This document shows positions 17,995-26,521 of a stretch of DNA of 64,000 nucleotides, piece after piece (position 1 is the first letter of the stretch; every line of letters begins with the position of its first letter). The position numbers and the translations under genes were made by a program. The notes beneath the pieces are model-generated. The model was not told where the DNA came from. It searched no databases and saw only the letters and a program-made list of their open reading frames with translations. Origin of the DNA: a virus. The DNA lies in the IMG/VR virus record IMGVR_UViG_3300044811_000050; one strand, written 5' to 3'.

Positions 17995-18930
17995 ATGTCC
18001 CGTCCCGCGCTCGCCGCCCTCGCGGAGCAGCAGCAACTGATCAATGCCCAGGCCCAGAGGATCACCGCCCAGGACCGCCAGCTCGCGGCCCAGAGCCAGA
18101 TCATCGGGCAGTTCAAGCGAGCCTTCGCCAGCCAGCGCAACGAGATCGTCGCGCTCGGTCGGGGGCTGCGGGCCATCGCCCAGGCGGCCGGCATCGAGGG
18201 CCATGTGCGCACCGCGATGCTGCGTACCGCCGACGAGCAGAACCCGGCCGAGCCGGTGCCCGAGCCGCCGGCCGTGCCGCCGACCCAGACCACCCAGGAC
18301 GCCAAGACCCCGGAGGCCTTCGGCGACGTGCAGGCGCCGGGGTTGGTGCCGGGCTCGACTAACGACGTGGCGGCGGACGCGACCAGCACCGTCTACACCC
18401 CGGGGGACGACATCCCGGGCCCGGCGGTGAAGAACCTCCAGGACGTCACCGCCCCGGTGGACGGCACCCAGAACCCCCGGCCGCTGAACGAGGTGCGCAC
18501 CCTGACCGACGTGCGGGTGGGTGACCCGATGAACCCGCAGACGGCGTTCCCGCTGCGTGGTGACTTCGCCAACGCCCAGCGGCTGGGGGCCAAGGAGGCC
18601 GCCGGCAACCGCACCATGGCCGCGCTGCGACTGGCTCGGCTGCGGATGCAGGCCGGGGTGGCCCAGGGTGACTCCGACTTCGAGGTGGCCGCCGGCATCG
18701 AGCGGGACGCCGCGATGACCACCGAGACGATCGAGGCCGAGATCAGGACCCTGGACGGGGTCAGCAAGGCCGCCGCCGCCAAGCAACAGCGCCCGGCTGG
18801 TCTGGTGCCCCGCGCGGCTTCGGCCAACGGCGGGCGCAGCGTGCCGTCCATGCAGCAGGTGACCGCCGGCAACGGCGGCGCGGCGGCCACCGACGACGAC
18901 GTGGCCGACGCGGACCTGTTCCTGAGCTGA
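17995..18930 (+). CDS. Scaffold-like head protein
   Basis: N-terminal coiled coil, acidic C-terminus DADLFLS; AAGGAG RBS; directly upstream of capsid genes. Confidence 0.7.
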   Translation: MSRPALAALAEQQQLINAQAQRITAQDRQLAAQSQIIGQFKRAFASQRNEIVALGRGLRAIAQAAGIEGHVRTAMLRTADEQNPAEPVPEPPAVPPTQTTQDAKTPEAFGDVQAPGLVPGSTNDVAADATSTVYTPGDDIPGPAVKNLQDVTAPVDGTQNPRPLNEVRTLTDVRVGDPMNPQTAFPLRGDFANAQRLGAKEAAGNRTMAALRLARLRMQAGVAQGDSDFEVAAGIERDAAMTTETIEAEIRTLDGVSKAAAAKQQRPAGLVPRAASANGGRSVPSMQQVTAGNGGAAATDDDVADADLFLS

Positions 18931-18972
18931 GCTTGCCCCCTCCCCTCCCGGACCCGGGGGAGGGAGCGACGG

Positions 18973-19010
18973 GGACCCCGGTCGTATCGCCCGACGGCCG
19001 GGGTCCTTTC
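18973..19010 (+). terminator. Intrinsic terminator-like hairpin between convergent genes
   Basis: GGACCCCGGTCGT/ACGGCCGGGGTCC stem followed by TTTC. Confidence 0.7.
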
Positions 19011-19015
19011 CATCT

Positions 19016-19519
19016 CTAGGCAACAGCCTGGGCGCGGGCCGCTTCGATGTAGTCGGCCAGCGCGCGCAGCACGTCCACGTTGTCTGCCAAAAGCCCGATG
19101 GCGCGGTTGCAGTTCGGGCAGAGAATGCCTCGGTTCACGTTGGTCTCATGGCAATGATCAACGGGGAACCGTTTTCCTTCAGCGCGCGAGCGAGGGATCG
19201 CTCTACCGCACTTGCACTTCCACTCCTGGGCAGCCGCCATCTCGTCGTACTCCTCGGGCGTGATGCCGTAGGCCTTCAGCAAGGCCTTCCGCTGGGCATA
19301 CCCCTCGGTACGAGCGTGGTAGTCCTTCTGCCAGGCCGTATATCGCTCCCTGTGACCTGGCTGTTGACGACGAGCCAGCTCTCTGCGCACCGCCGCCGTT
19401 CCGCAACGGAACGACCCCGACCGGCCGTCACTTTTCACCTTGACCGGGCCACAGCTCGCGCAGACCGCTGTCCGCGCTTCCCGGTTCAGCTCCGAGAGCC
19501 GATGGACGTGTTTTCCCAT
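19016..19519 (-). CDS. Endonuclease VII-family free-standing homing endonuclease
   Basis: YGITPEEY...CKCG...VDHCH...RGILCPNCNRAIG motif. Confidence 0.92.
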   Translation of the reverse strand: MGKHVHRLSELNREARTAVCASCGPVKVKSDGRSGSFRCGTAAVRRELARRQQPGHRERYTAWQKDYHARTEGYAQRKALLKAYGITPEEYDEMAAAQEWKCKCGRAIPRSRAEGKRFPVDHCHETNVNRGILCPNCNRAIGLLADNVDVLRALADYIEAARAQAVA

Positions 19520-19566
19520 GAGGCCGAATATAACGGCCGAATGTCACGGCTTGATCACAAGGGCGG

Positions 19567-19609
19567 TCCTGTCATTTTTGTCCCGAGACCCCGGCTAAGA
19601 GGTGAAGGG
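19567..19609 (+). promoter_or_regulatory. Bipartite motif copy 4 (TCCTGTC-N23-AAGAGGTGAAGGG)
   Basis: Upstream of the capsid genes. Confidence 0.8.
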
Positions 19610-19662
19610 ACAGGGCACTCCAGAAGGGGCCCTCCGCATTCTCGGAGAATGGAGGAAGAAAA

Positions 19663-20178
19663 GTGCTCCGAGTGCCACTTAACAAGTCCTACATTAAGCG
19701 GACTATCCGTCCATTGTATGGATGGACCCAGGCGACCCCGAAGAGTCAGTTCATCGACCCGGCGTGGAACAGCGCGGTAGATATCTACCCGGGCATGGTG
19801 ATGATGAAGACCGTCGGGGAGTCGGTGTCGCTGATCGACGCGGTCGGCAAGCCGATGGGCCTCGCCGCGTTCTACATGGCGCCGGTCTACGGCATCGACG
19901 AGATCACCGAGCAGGGCGTCAACGCCGCTGCGGTGTGGGTGCTGGACCCAGACGCGGAGTTCGAGGTGCTGGACCCGGCCTTCGACAGCACGTTGTCCTG
20001 GGTGGAGCCCACCGACGGCACCACGCTGCTGATCGGTGCCTACACCTCCGGCGCGAAGCGCGGCCGACTGTGCCCGATGGGTACCGCCGGCGCGACCGCC
20101 AAGGCCGTCGCCAAGCTGATCAAGGTCAGCTCGGCGACCAAGATCACTATCGGTGGTCTTTCGCCGAGCGATCTCTAA
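19663..20178 (+). CDS. Capsid-associated (decoration/minor capsid) protein
   Basis: 171 aa immediately upstream of the major capsid gene; GGAGG RBS, GTG start. Confidence 0.7.
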   Translation: MLRVPLNKSYIKRTIRPLYGWTQATPKSQFIDPAWNSAVDIYPGMVMMKTVGESVSLIDAVGKPMGLAAFYMAPVYGIDEITEQGVNAAAVWVLDPDAEFEVLDPAFDSTLSWVEPTDGTTLLIGAYTSGAKRGRLCPMGTAGATAKAVAKLIKVSSATKITIGGLSPSDL

Positions 20179-20206
20179 CCCACAACCAGCGAAGAGGAGG
20201 AAGTAC

Positions 20207-21193
20207 ATGAGCGCACCTGTCCTCGCTGGTGGGGGTTTGAGGCCCCGGCAGGCGAAGAAGAGCGACGACTACGTCAGCAAGATCCTTGCGCGGCAGCAGA
20301 ACGGCCAGGGCCTCACCCACGAGGGCAAGGTCGACAAGATGGCCCTGATCCTCTCCGACGAGGTCAGCGGCATCAAGCGGCTCGGCGTGGGCATGATCGG
20401 CCCGATCCAGCTGAAGCTGCGTTACCAGGGCATCACCCGCAACGTGCTGATCGAGGACCCGGTCACCCCCGGTACCCCGGTCGAGTACGACGTGTGGGAC
20501 GACCTGGGCCAGGCCTACATCATGTCGGGCCACGAGGGTGAAGTTCGGATCACGCCCTTCGAGGGCAAGCGCGTCCCGGTGCGGTTCTTCCGCATCGCCT
20601 CGCGCCCGGCGATCCGCAAGGAGGACCTGCTCTACCTGCGCATCAACGCGGTCGAGCAGGCCCAGGACGAGACCAAGCAGGCGATCCTCAAGCAGGAGGA
20701 CGCCCGGCTGATGGTGCTGCTCCAGGCGGCGGTGAACGACTACGCCACCCGGGCCGACCACATCGTCACGCCCAACCACAACGTCACGGAGACCTCGGGC
20801 TACTACACCCCGGCGTCGCTCTACACCGCCGTGGCGCAGACGGACATGCACGAGCTTCAGTCCGCCCGGCTGATGGTCAACCCGTATGACTACCGGGACT
20901 TCTTCCGGTGGGACATCAACACCACCGGCTGGGCCTTCAAGGACCGCGTGGTGGCCGGCGAGACCATCACCACGTTCGGCGAATTCCAGATCCAGCGCTC
21001 GATCATGGTCCCGCAGAAGACGATGTTCCTGACGCCGGAGCCGAACTTCCTGGGTGTCTTCCCGGTTCTCTACTCCCTGGACGTGGAGGAGAACCACAAC
21101 GTGGAGGCGTTCTGGAAGGGCTGGGTCTTCGACGAGATGGTGTCGATGGCGATCCTCAATCCGAGAGGAATTGCCACCATCACGAAGCCCTGA
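20207..21193 (+). CDS. Major capsid protein
   Basis: ATG 20207 after GAGGAGG; 328 aa; HK97-type C-terminus GWVFDEMVSMAILNPRGI; very strong codon bias. Confidence 0.92.
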   Translation: MSAPVLAGGGLRPRQAKKSDDYVSKILARQQNGQGLTHEGKVDKMALILSDEVSGIKRLGVGMIGPIQLKLRYQGITRNVLIEDPVTPGTPVEYDVWDDLGQAYIMSGHEGEVRITPFEGKRVPVRFFRIASRPAIRKEDLLYLRINAVEQAQDETKQAILKQEDARLMVLLQAAVNDYATRADHIVTPNHNVTETSGYYTPASLYTAVAQTDMHELQSARLMVNPYDYRDFFRWDINTTGWAFKDRVVAGETITTFGEFQIQRSIMVPQKTMFLTPEPNFLGVFPVLYSLDVEENHNVEAFWKGWVFDEMVSMAILNPRGIATITKP

Positions 21194-21700
21194 TCAACTC
21201 AGGTGACCCCACCGCTTCCTGGTGACGATCCGAGACACCTGGGACTGCGCGATCCCGTAGACGGCGGCGAGGGCCTTCTGGCTCTCGCCGCCGTTCGCGT
21301 ACCGATGGATCAGCTCTCGGACCAGGGTCTCAGTCATTACAGCGGCGGGGTTCTTGGCGCCATTCATGACAGTTCCATGGGCAATCTTGTCGAACTGATT
21401 GTCTGAGGGCGTTCCCCAGCGGAGATTGGAGCGAGCGTTGTGAGAGGGATCCCCGTCACGGTGCCGGGCCTCCTCGCCCCTTCGCCGAGGTCTGTCAAAG
21501 GCATCCAGTACGAGCTTGTGCACCGTCACCGTGCGCCGGACACCTCGACCAGACAGCACGACGATCCGGTATCCCTTCGGCATCACGCCGGGGGTGAGTC
21601 TTCGCTTGGTCGACGTGCGGCGCACCAGTCCGAGATCGCACACCTCGTACAAGTCTTCGAAGTCGCGTTCCACAACCGGGCGCCAAGTTTCTTTAATCAT
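21194..21700 (-). CDS. NUMOD4-HNH homing endonuclease with C-terminal HTH
   Basis: ETWRPV..Y.V.D.G.VR (NUMOD4); VHKLV..AF...RHRDGDPSHN..SNLRW; probable start ATG 21700. Confidence 0.93.
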   Translation of the reverse strand: MIKETWRPVVERDFEDLYEVCDLGLVRRTSTKRRLTPGVMPKGYRIVVLSGRGVRRTVTVHKLVLDAFDRPRRRGEEARHRDGDPSHNARSNLRWGTPSDNQFDKIAHGTVMNGAKNPAAVMTETLVRELIHRYANGGESQKALAAVYGIAQSQVSRIVTRKRWGHLS

Positions 21701-21738
21701 GCGGGGAATAGTACCGCACATCATTCACGGAGGACGGA

Positions 21739-22110
21739 ATGGCCCACAGCGTTCGTACCAACCTGCCACTCACCCAGCTCCCGCTCGGTAGCGGGTCCGC
21801 CACCCAACGCGTTGAAGCGGTTGACACCGTAGTGCTGCTGACCGACGACGAGTTCGCTCGGCTGCCCAGCAACGTCTTCTCCAACGGCACGCTTGATGAT
21901 CTCGGCGCGCTGCCCTCTAGCGGCGACGCGGTGACCGTCCAGTCGGCGGTGGTAGCCGCCCCGGCCGCGCTCACCTCCTCCGTCGCCGTCGCGGCGCCCA
22001 CCAAGGCCGAGTACGACGCGCTGCGCGCCGACGTCTCCGCGTTGCGCACCACCGTGGCGAACCTGCTGGTGGCGCTCAAGGGCACCGGCCTGCCGATGTC
22101 GCCGACCTGA
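21739..22110 (+). CDS. Head fibre/decoration protein
   Basis: C-terminal trimeric coil PTKAEYDALRADVSALRTTVANLLVALK. Confidence 0.7.
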   Translation: MAHSVRTNLPLTQLPLGSGSATQRVEAVDTVVLLTDDEFARLPSNVFSNGTLDDLGALPSSGDAVTVQSAVVAAPAALTSSVAVAAPTKAEYDALRADVSALRTTVANLLVALKGTGLPMSPT

Positions 22111-22156
22111 TCGGAGCCGTGAGATCGCGGGGTTGTCATAGCGGAGGGCCGGTGGA

Positions 22157-24019
22157 ATGACCAAGCACGACACCCCCGTTGTCCTGCTGCCCGGCGCGGC
22201 GCCCACCGGCCCTACCCACGCCACACCCAAGTCCTACGTGGACACCCGGGCCGCGCCGGCCGGCGGCACCCTCGGGCAGGCCCTCACCAAGAACAGCTCC
22301 ACCGACTACGACTACAGCTGGGTCGCCATCGGTGGCGGGTCGCCGAGCGGGGCGGCCGGCGGCAGCCTGGCCGGCACCTACCCCAACCCCACCATCGCGG
22401 CCGGGGTGATCGACGGCGCCGCCATCGCCTCGGCCATCAAGGACGCCGCCGCCGCCACCGCGTCGCTGCGCACCCTGGGCACCGGCCCGACCCAGGCGGC
22501 GGCCGGCAACGACGGCCGGCTCACCGATGCCCGGACCCCGCTCGCGCACGCGTCCAGCCATGCTTCCGGCGGCTCGGACGCGATCACTCCGGCGGCCATC
22601 GGGGCCGCCCCGCGACTCACCGTCACCGCCGTCAAGACGGCCGACTACACCGCCGTGGCCGGGGACTACGTGCTCGTGGACGCCTCGGGGGCATCCCGCA
22701 CGGTGACCCTGCCGGCCGCCGCCGTCGGGCTGGCCATCGGAGTCCGGAAGACCGACACCAGCGCCAACACGGTCACCGTCGCGCCGAACGGTTCCGACAC
22801 CTTCCAGGGCGGCGCGTCGGCCAACCCGGTGATCCGGATCCAGGACGGGTCCCGCACCCTCATCGGGGTCTCCGGTGGCTGGGTGACCATGGAGCAGTAC
22901 CGGGCCGCCACCACCACCACGGACGGCGCGATCGTCCTGGCCGGTGACCTGGGCGGCACGGCTGTCTCGCCCACCGTGCCGGGCCTGGCCGGCAAGCAGG
23001 CGTCGAGCGCCCACCTGTCCGCCATCTCGGGACTCACCCCGGTAGCCAACGACACCCTCCAGTACAAGGCCGGTGCCTGGGCCAACCGGACCATGGCGCA
23101 GCTGAAGTCCGACCTGGCCCTGGTGGCCGGGGACATCACCTCCGGCACGTTCGCCATCGGCCAGATCCCCACCGGCACCACGTCGACCACGGTGCCGCTG
23201 GGCAACGACGCGCGGCTCTCCGACGCCCGGACCCCCACCGCGCACGCCAGCTCGCACGCGGTCGGCGGCGGCGACGTGCTCACCCCCTCCGCCATCGGCG
23301 CGTTCCCCAAGCTGACCCCGACCGCTAACAAGACCTCGGCCTACACGGCGGTGGACGGCGACCTGGTGATGTGCGACGACACCGGTGGCTCGTTCACCGT
23401 CACGTTGCCGGCGGCCACCCTCGGCAGGGTGGTCGGGATCAAGAAGTTGGCCAGCTCCAGCAACACGGTCACCATCTCCCGCGCCGGCACCGACACCATC
23501 GGCGCGGCGGCGGCCACCTCGGTCTCCGTCAAGCTGACCGACGAGACGACCACGCTGCAATGCAGCGCGACGGGGGTCTGGACACCGGTCTGGAACTGGA
23601 TCTCCCTGCCGGGGATGGACGCCCGGTATGGCCGCCTGAGTGGCGCCACCACATGGACCGCCGTTCAGACGTTCTCCACGGCGATCATCAACACCCCGGT
23701 GGTGCTCACCGACGCGGCCACCGTGGCGATCAACGCCGCGCTGGGCAACCACTTCCGGCTGACCGCGACCTCGGGCATCGGTGCCACCCGGGCCCTCGGC
23801 GCGCCGACCAACGCCGCGGATGGCCAGAAGATCTTGATTGAGTATGTCCAGGATGGCACCGGCTCGCGGGCATTGACCTTTAACGCGATCTACAACTTCG
23901 GCACCGATGTGGCTTCCCCGACATTGAGCACCGCCGCGAGCAAGCGGGACTACATGGGGTTTGTCTACAACGGCACATCCTCCAAGTGGGACCTCATCGC
24001 CGTGGCCCGGGGGTACTGA
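22157..24019 (+). CDS. Virion fibre protein with internal duplication
   Basis: Ala/Gly/Thr-rich; two GND.RL.DARTP.AHASSH...TVTLPAA modules. Confidence 0.8.
   Translation: MTKHDTPVVLLPGAAPTGPTHATPKSYVDTRAAPAGGTLGQALTKNSSTDYDYSWVAIGGGSPSGAAGGSLAGTYPNPTIAAGVIDGAAIASAIKDAAAATASLRTLGTGPTQAAAGNDGRLTDARTPLAHASSHASGGSDAITPAAIGAAPRLTVTAVKTADYTAVAGDYVLVDASGASRTVTLPAAAVGLAIGVRKTDTSANTVTVAPNGSDTFQGGASANPVIRIQDGSRTLIGVSGGWVTMEQYRAATTTTDGAIVLAGDLGGTAVSPTVPGLAGKQASSAHLSAISGLTPVANDTLQYKAGAWANRTMAQLKSDLALVAGDITSGTFAIGQIPTGTTSTTVPLGNDARLSDARTPTAHASSHAVGGGDVLTPSAIGAFPKLTPTANKTSAYTAVDGDLVMCDDTGGSFTVTLPAATLGRVVGIKKLASSSNTVTISRAGTDTIGAAAATSVSVKLTDETTTLQCSATGVWTPVWNWISLPGMDARYGRLSGATTWTAVQTFSTAIINTPVVLTDAATVAINAALGNHFRLTATSGIGATRALGAPTNAADGQKILIEYVQDGTGSRALTFNAIYNFGTDVASPTLSTAASKRDYMGFVYNGTSSKWDLIAVARGY
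22505..23600 (+). repeat. Duplicated fibre module of about 130 aa (starts at 22505 and 23201)
   Basis: GNDGRLTDARTPLAHASSHASGG versus GNDARLSDARTPTAHASSHAVGG. Confidence 0.85.
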
Positions 24020-24022
24020 CCG

Positions 24023-24721
24023 GTGGCCGTCGCGTTCGGCTCCGTGGGCAGCTATCCCGCCAGCCCGTTCACCGCCGCGCCTGCCACCAGCATGGCGGTG
24101 CCCTATCCCAGCGGGATCGTGGCTAACGAGCCGTTGCTGCTGGTCGCGCTGAACAACAACCCATCGGGCACCACGACCTTCACCACGCCCGGCACCTGGT
24201 TGCTGAAGGAATCCGGCACAGCGATCAATAATGACCTTTCGGCCTACGTGTGGGTCAAGCAAGCGGTGGGGACGGAATCGGGCACGTTGACCGTGACCGC
24301 ATCGCAAAGCTCGATCTTGGCTGGCGCCATCGTGCGCTATACCGGCGCGGCGGCGGCCTCGTTCGGAGACACCGCGAGCGCGGTTAGCGCTAGCGCTGGC
24401 ACGGGTTCGCCACCCGCCGGCACGCTCAGCCCGGCACCTGGCGCGAGCGACATGGTGGTCCGCTTCTACTGCTGGTCCGAGGACAGCGCGTCTACCGGCG
24501 CGACGATGACTAACCCGGGCGGTACCTGGACTACCCGACTGAACCTGGTCACCAATAACTCCAGCAACTTCAACGGCGGACTAGTAATCGCCGACAAGAT
24601 CGCCGGCACAGACAACCAGACGGTGAGCACCAACTCCAAGAGTGGCGGCTGGCTGGTGGTGGACGTAGCGATCAAGCCCGCCGCCACCGCCACCGACAAG
24701 TTCATGCCGTTTTTCGTGTGA
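24023..24721 (+). CDS. Beta-rich structural protein
   Basis: Ser/Thr/Gly-rich, fibre-associated position. Confidence 0.7.
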   Translation: MAVAFGSVGSYPASPFTAAPATSMAVPYPSGIVANEPLLLVALNNNPSGTTTFTTPGTWLLKESGTAINNDLSAYVWVKQAVGTESGTLTVTASQSSILAGAIVRYTGAAAASFGDTASAVSASAGTGSPPAGTLSPAPGASDMVVRFYCWSEDSASTGATMTNPGGTWTTRLNLVTNNSSNFNGGLVIADKIAGTDNQTVSTNSKSGGWLVVDVAIKPAATATDKFMPFFV

Positions 24722-24735
24722 GGAGACAATCGACC

Positions 24736-25251
24736 ATGGGCAATCCATTCACGTTTAATACTGAGGATTTTTCTAACAACATAGCTGAATGGGGACCGGG
24801 ACGCGCCATTTATCTTGTACCGCCAGCGACAGGTCCTGGCGTCTCCTTAAAACAACTTACGATCGACTGCCCGATTGATCCCACTCGTCTGGCTTGGAAT
24901 CCCGTACTGAGCGCAGGTGTAAAACTTGGTACAAGCGTTCCAGATCTTTCAGGGTTTTTGGGGCCATTCAGCCCATTTCCGATGCACAGCGGCGCAATGA
25001 CGCCTGCCACCCAGGTGTATTTTGGTCCATTAATCAGTCATTTTAATCCATACATTCTTACTCTACAGGCAACCCCCGATATGAATGCTAGCCGTATCTT
25101 GCTCGACTTTACCAGGGTCGGTAACTTTCGAGCGGAGCCCGGCCATTATATGGCTATCCAATTTATGCCTGGGATATCTGGCGAGGGAGACGGTCAGAAC
25201 AACCTCTGGTTGTTCGACGGCTTCCGGGGACAGTTCTATCTGGACGAGTAG
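24736..25251 (+). CDS. Low-GC hypothetical protein
   Basis: ATG 24736 after GAGGAG; about 50% GC in sampled lines; contains TTA codons. Confidence 0.7.
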   Translation: MGNPFTFNTEDFSNNIAEWGPGRAIYLVPPATGPGVSLKQLTIDCPIDPTRLAWNPVLSAGVKLGTSVPDLSGFLGPFSPFPMHSGAMTPATQVYFGPLISHFNPYILTLQATPDMNASRILLDFTRVGNFRAEPGHYMAIQFMPGISGEGDGQNNLWLFDGFRGQFYLDE

Positions 25252-25267
25252 GGGCTTCTTGGGTTCA

Positions 25268-25309
25268 TCCTGTCTTGCTTTCTCCGATCCCCGGAGAAGA
25301 GGTGAAGGG
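25268..25309 (+). promoter_or_regulatory. Bipartite motif copy 5 (TCCTGTC-N22-AAGAGGTGAAGGG)
   Basis: Intergenic, perfect consensus. Confidence 0.8.
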
Positions 25310-25328
25310 TCCGAACTGAGGAGAACAA

Positions 25329-25859
25329 ATGGCGACACCCACGATGGTGCGAAACACCGCAGCGGGACCAACCGTGTTCAGCGACCGGGGCGAAGCGGTG
25401 GAATGGGCCGGTGCGAACGATCCCATGGGCGGGGATCTTCAGCCGGTCCCAGATTCATTCCTGGACAGCGTGCAGTTCCACCGGATGACGGCCCGGGGCA
25501 TCCTCGTGGTCGAGCAGGCCGAGGAGGCCGTGGCCGCAGCGTTGGCCGCGCACCGGGCCGACTGGGAGCAGCGGCTGGCCAACCAGCGCAACGCCAGCGC
25601 GGCGGCGATCGACGAGGCGCCCCGCAACGACTCGTTGGTCAAGACGTGCATCGGCCCTTCCGGGAAGGGTATGGACCAGCTCTGCGGGGTAGACGTTCCT
25701 ATCAAGGCCGCGAAGCTGGCCGAGCAGCCCCCGCTCTGTTCCGCGCACAGCGGCATGGCGGGTCAGTTCATCGCCCAAGAGAGCGATCGAATTGTCGATG
25801 GGAAACCAGAGGTTGTCTGGCTCAAGGCCGGTATGGCGGCCCCCGCTAGGCAGGACTAA
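25329..25859 (+). CDS. Hypothetical protein with C-terminal C-C-C-H finger
   Basis: GAGGAG RBS; coding-like bias. Confidence 0.8.
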   Translation: MATPTMVRNTAAGPTVFSDRGEAVEWAGANDPMGGDLQPVPDSFLDSVQFHRMTARGILVVEQAEEAVAAALAAHRADWEQRLANQRNASAAAIDEAPRNDSLVKTCIGPSGKGMDQLCGVDVPIKAAKLAEQPPLCSAHSGMAGQFIAQESDRIVDGKPEVVWLKAGMAAPARQD

Positions 25860-25878
25860 GGACAAGGAGACCGAGATC

Positions 25879-26388
25879 ATGGCCGAGAAGACTTCCACCC
25901 CCGAGCTGAGCGACCTGGTCAAGCCAGCGCCGGATCGCTACGTCGAGGACGAGAGCTACCTGCCCAACCCGTACTTCCAGTACGGCACGGTGGACACCTC
26001 CGACACCGCCGGGGGCGCGCACCAGTCCGTCGCCGAGGTGTCCCCGGTGTTCGCGCTGGCTCGCGCGGCAAACCTGGTCACGGCCGCGCGGGCGCTGGAC
26101 CCTGAGGACGATGGCGTGGGCGCTGAGCTGGTCACCCTGCCGGAGAGCACCACCACCGTGGTCGGCCCGGCCAAGACCGCCGACGAGGCCCGCGAGGAGG
26201 TCGCCACCGCGCTGAGCACGCTGGCGGCGGATCCGGTGTTGCTGGGTGGCCCGACCGAGCAGCAGAAGCTGGCCGCCGAAGAGCGCGACGACGAGGAGGA
26301 CTCGGGGGTCACCACGACCACCGCGCCCAACCGCGCCACCACTTCGACGACCGCCAGCACCACCCGGCCGTCGCGCGCCAGCAAGTAG
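25879..26388 (+). CDS. Acidic hypothetical protein
   Basis: ATG 25879 after AAGGAG. Confidence 0.8.
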   Translation: MAEKTSTPELSDLVKPAPDRYVEDESYLPNPYFQYGTVDTSDTAGGAHQSVAEVSPVFALARAANLVTAARALDPEDDGVGAELVTLPESTTTVVGPAKTADEAREEVATALSTLAADPVLLGGPTEQQKLAAEERDDEEDSGVTTTTAPNRATTSTTASTTRPSRASK

Positions 26389-26417
26389 CCCCACCACCTC
26401 AATCGGCTACCGCCGAT

Positions 26418-26462
26418 CAACGAACCGCACGGGTCCAGCCGCGTCCCGTGCGGTTCGTTGTG
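26418..26462 (+). terminator. 16-bp perfect hairpin terminator
   Basis: CAACGAACCGCACGGG/CCCGTGCGGTTCGTTG. Confidence 0.8.
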
Positions 26463-26504
26463 TCCTGTCCCCATTCCGGCCAGGCCGCTGGAAGAAGTGA
26501 AGGG
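26463..26504 (+). promoter_or_regulatory. Bipartite motif copy 6 (TCCTGTC-N22-AAGAAGTGAAGGG)
   Basis: Begins 2 nt after the terminator stem, as expected for a promoter restarting transcription. Confidence 0.8.
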
Positions 26505-26521
26505 CTGATGGAAGGACCGGG

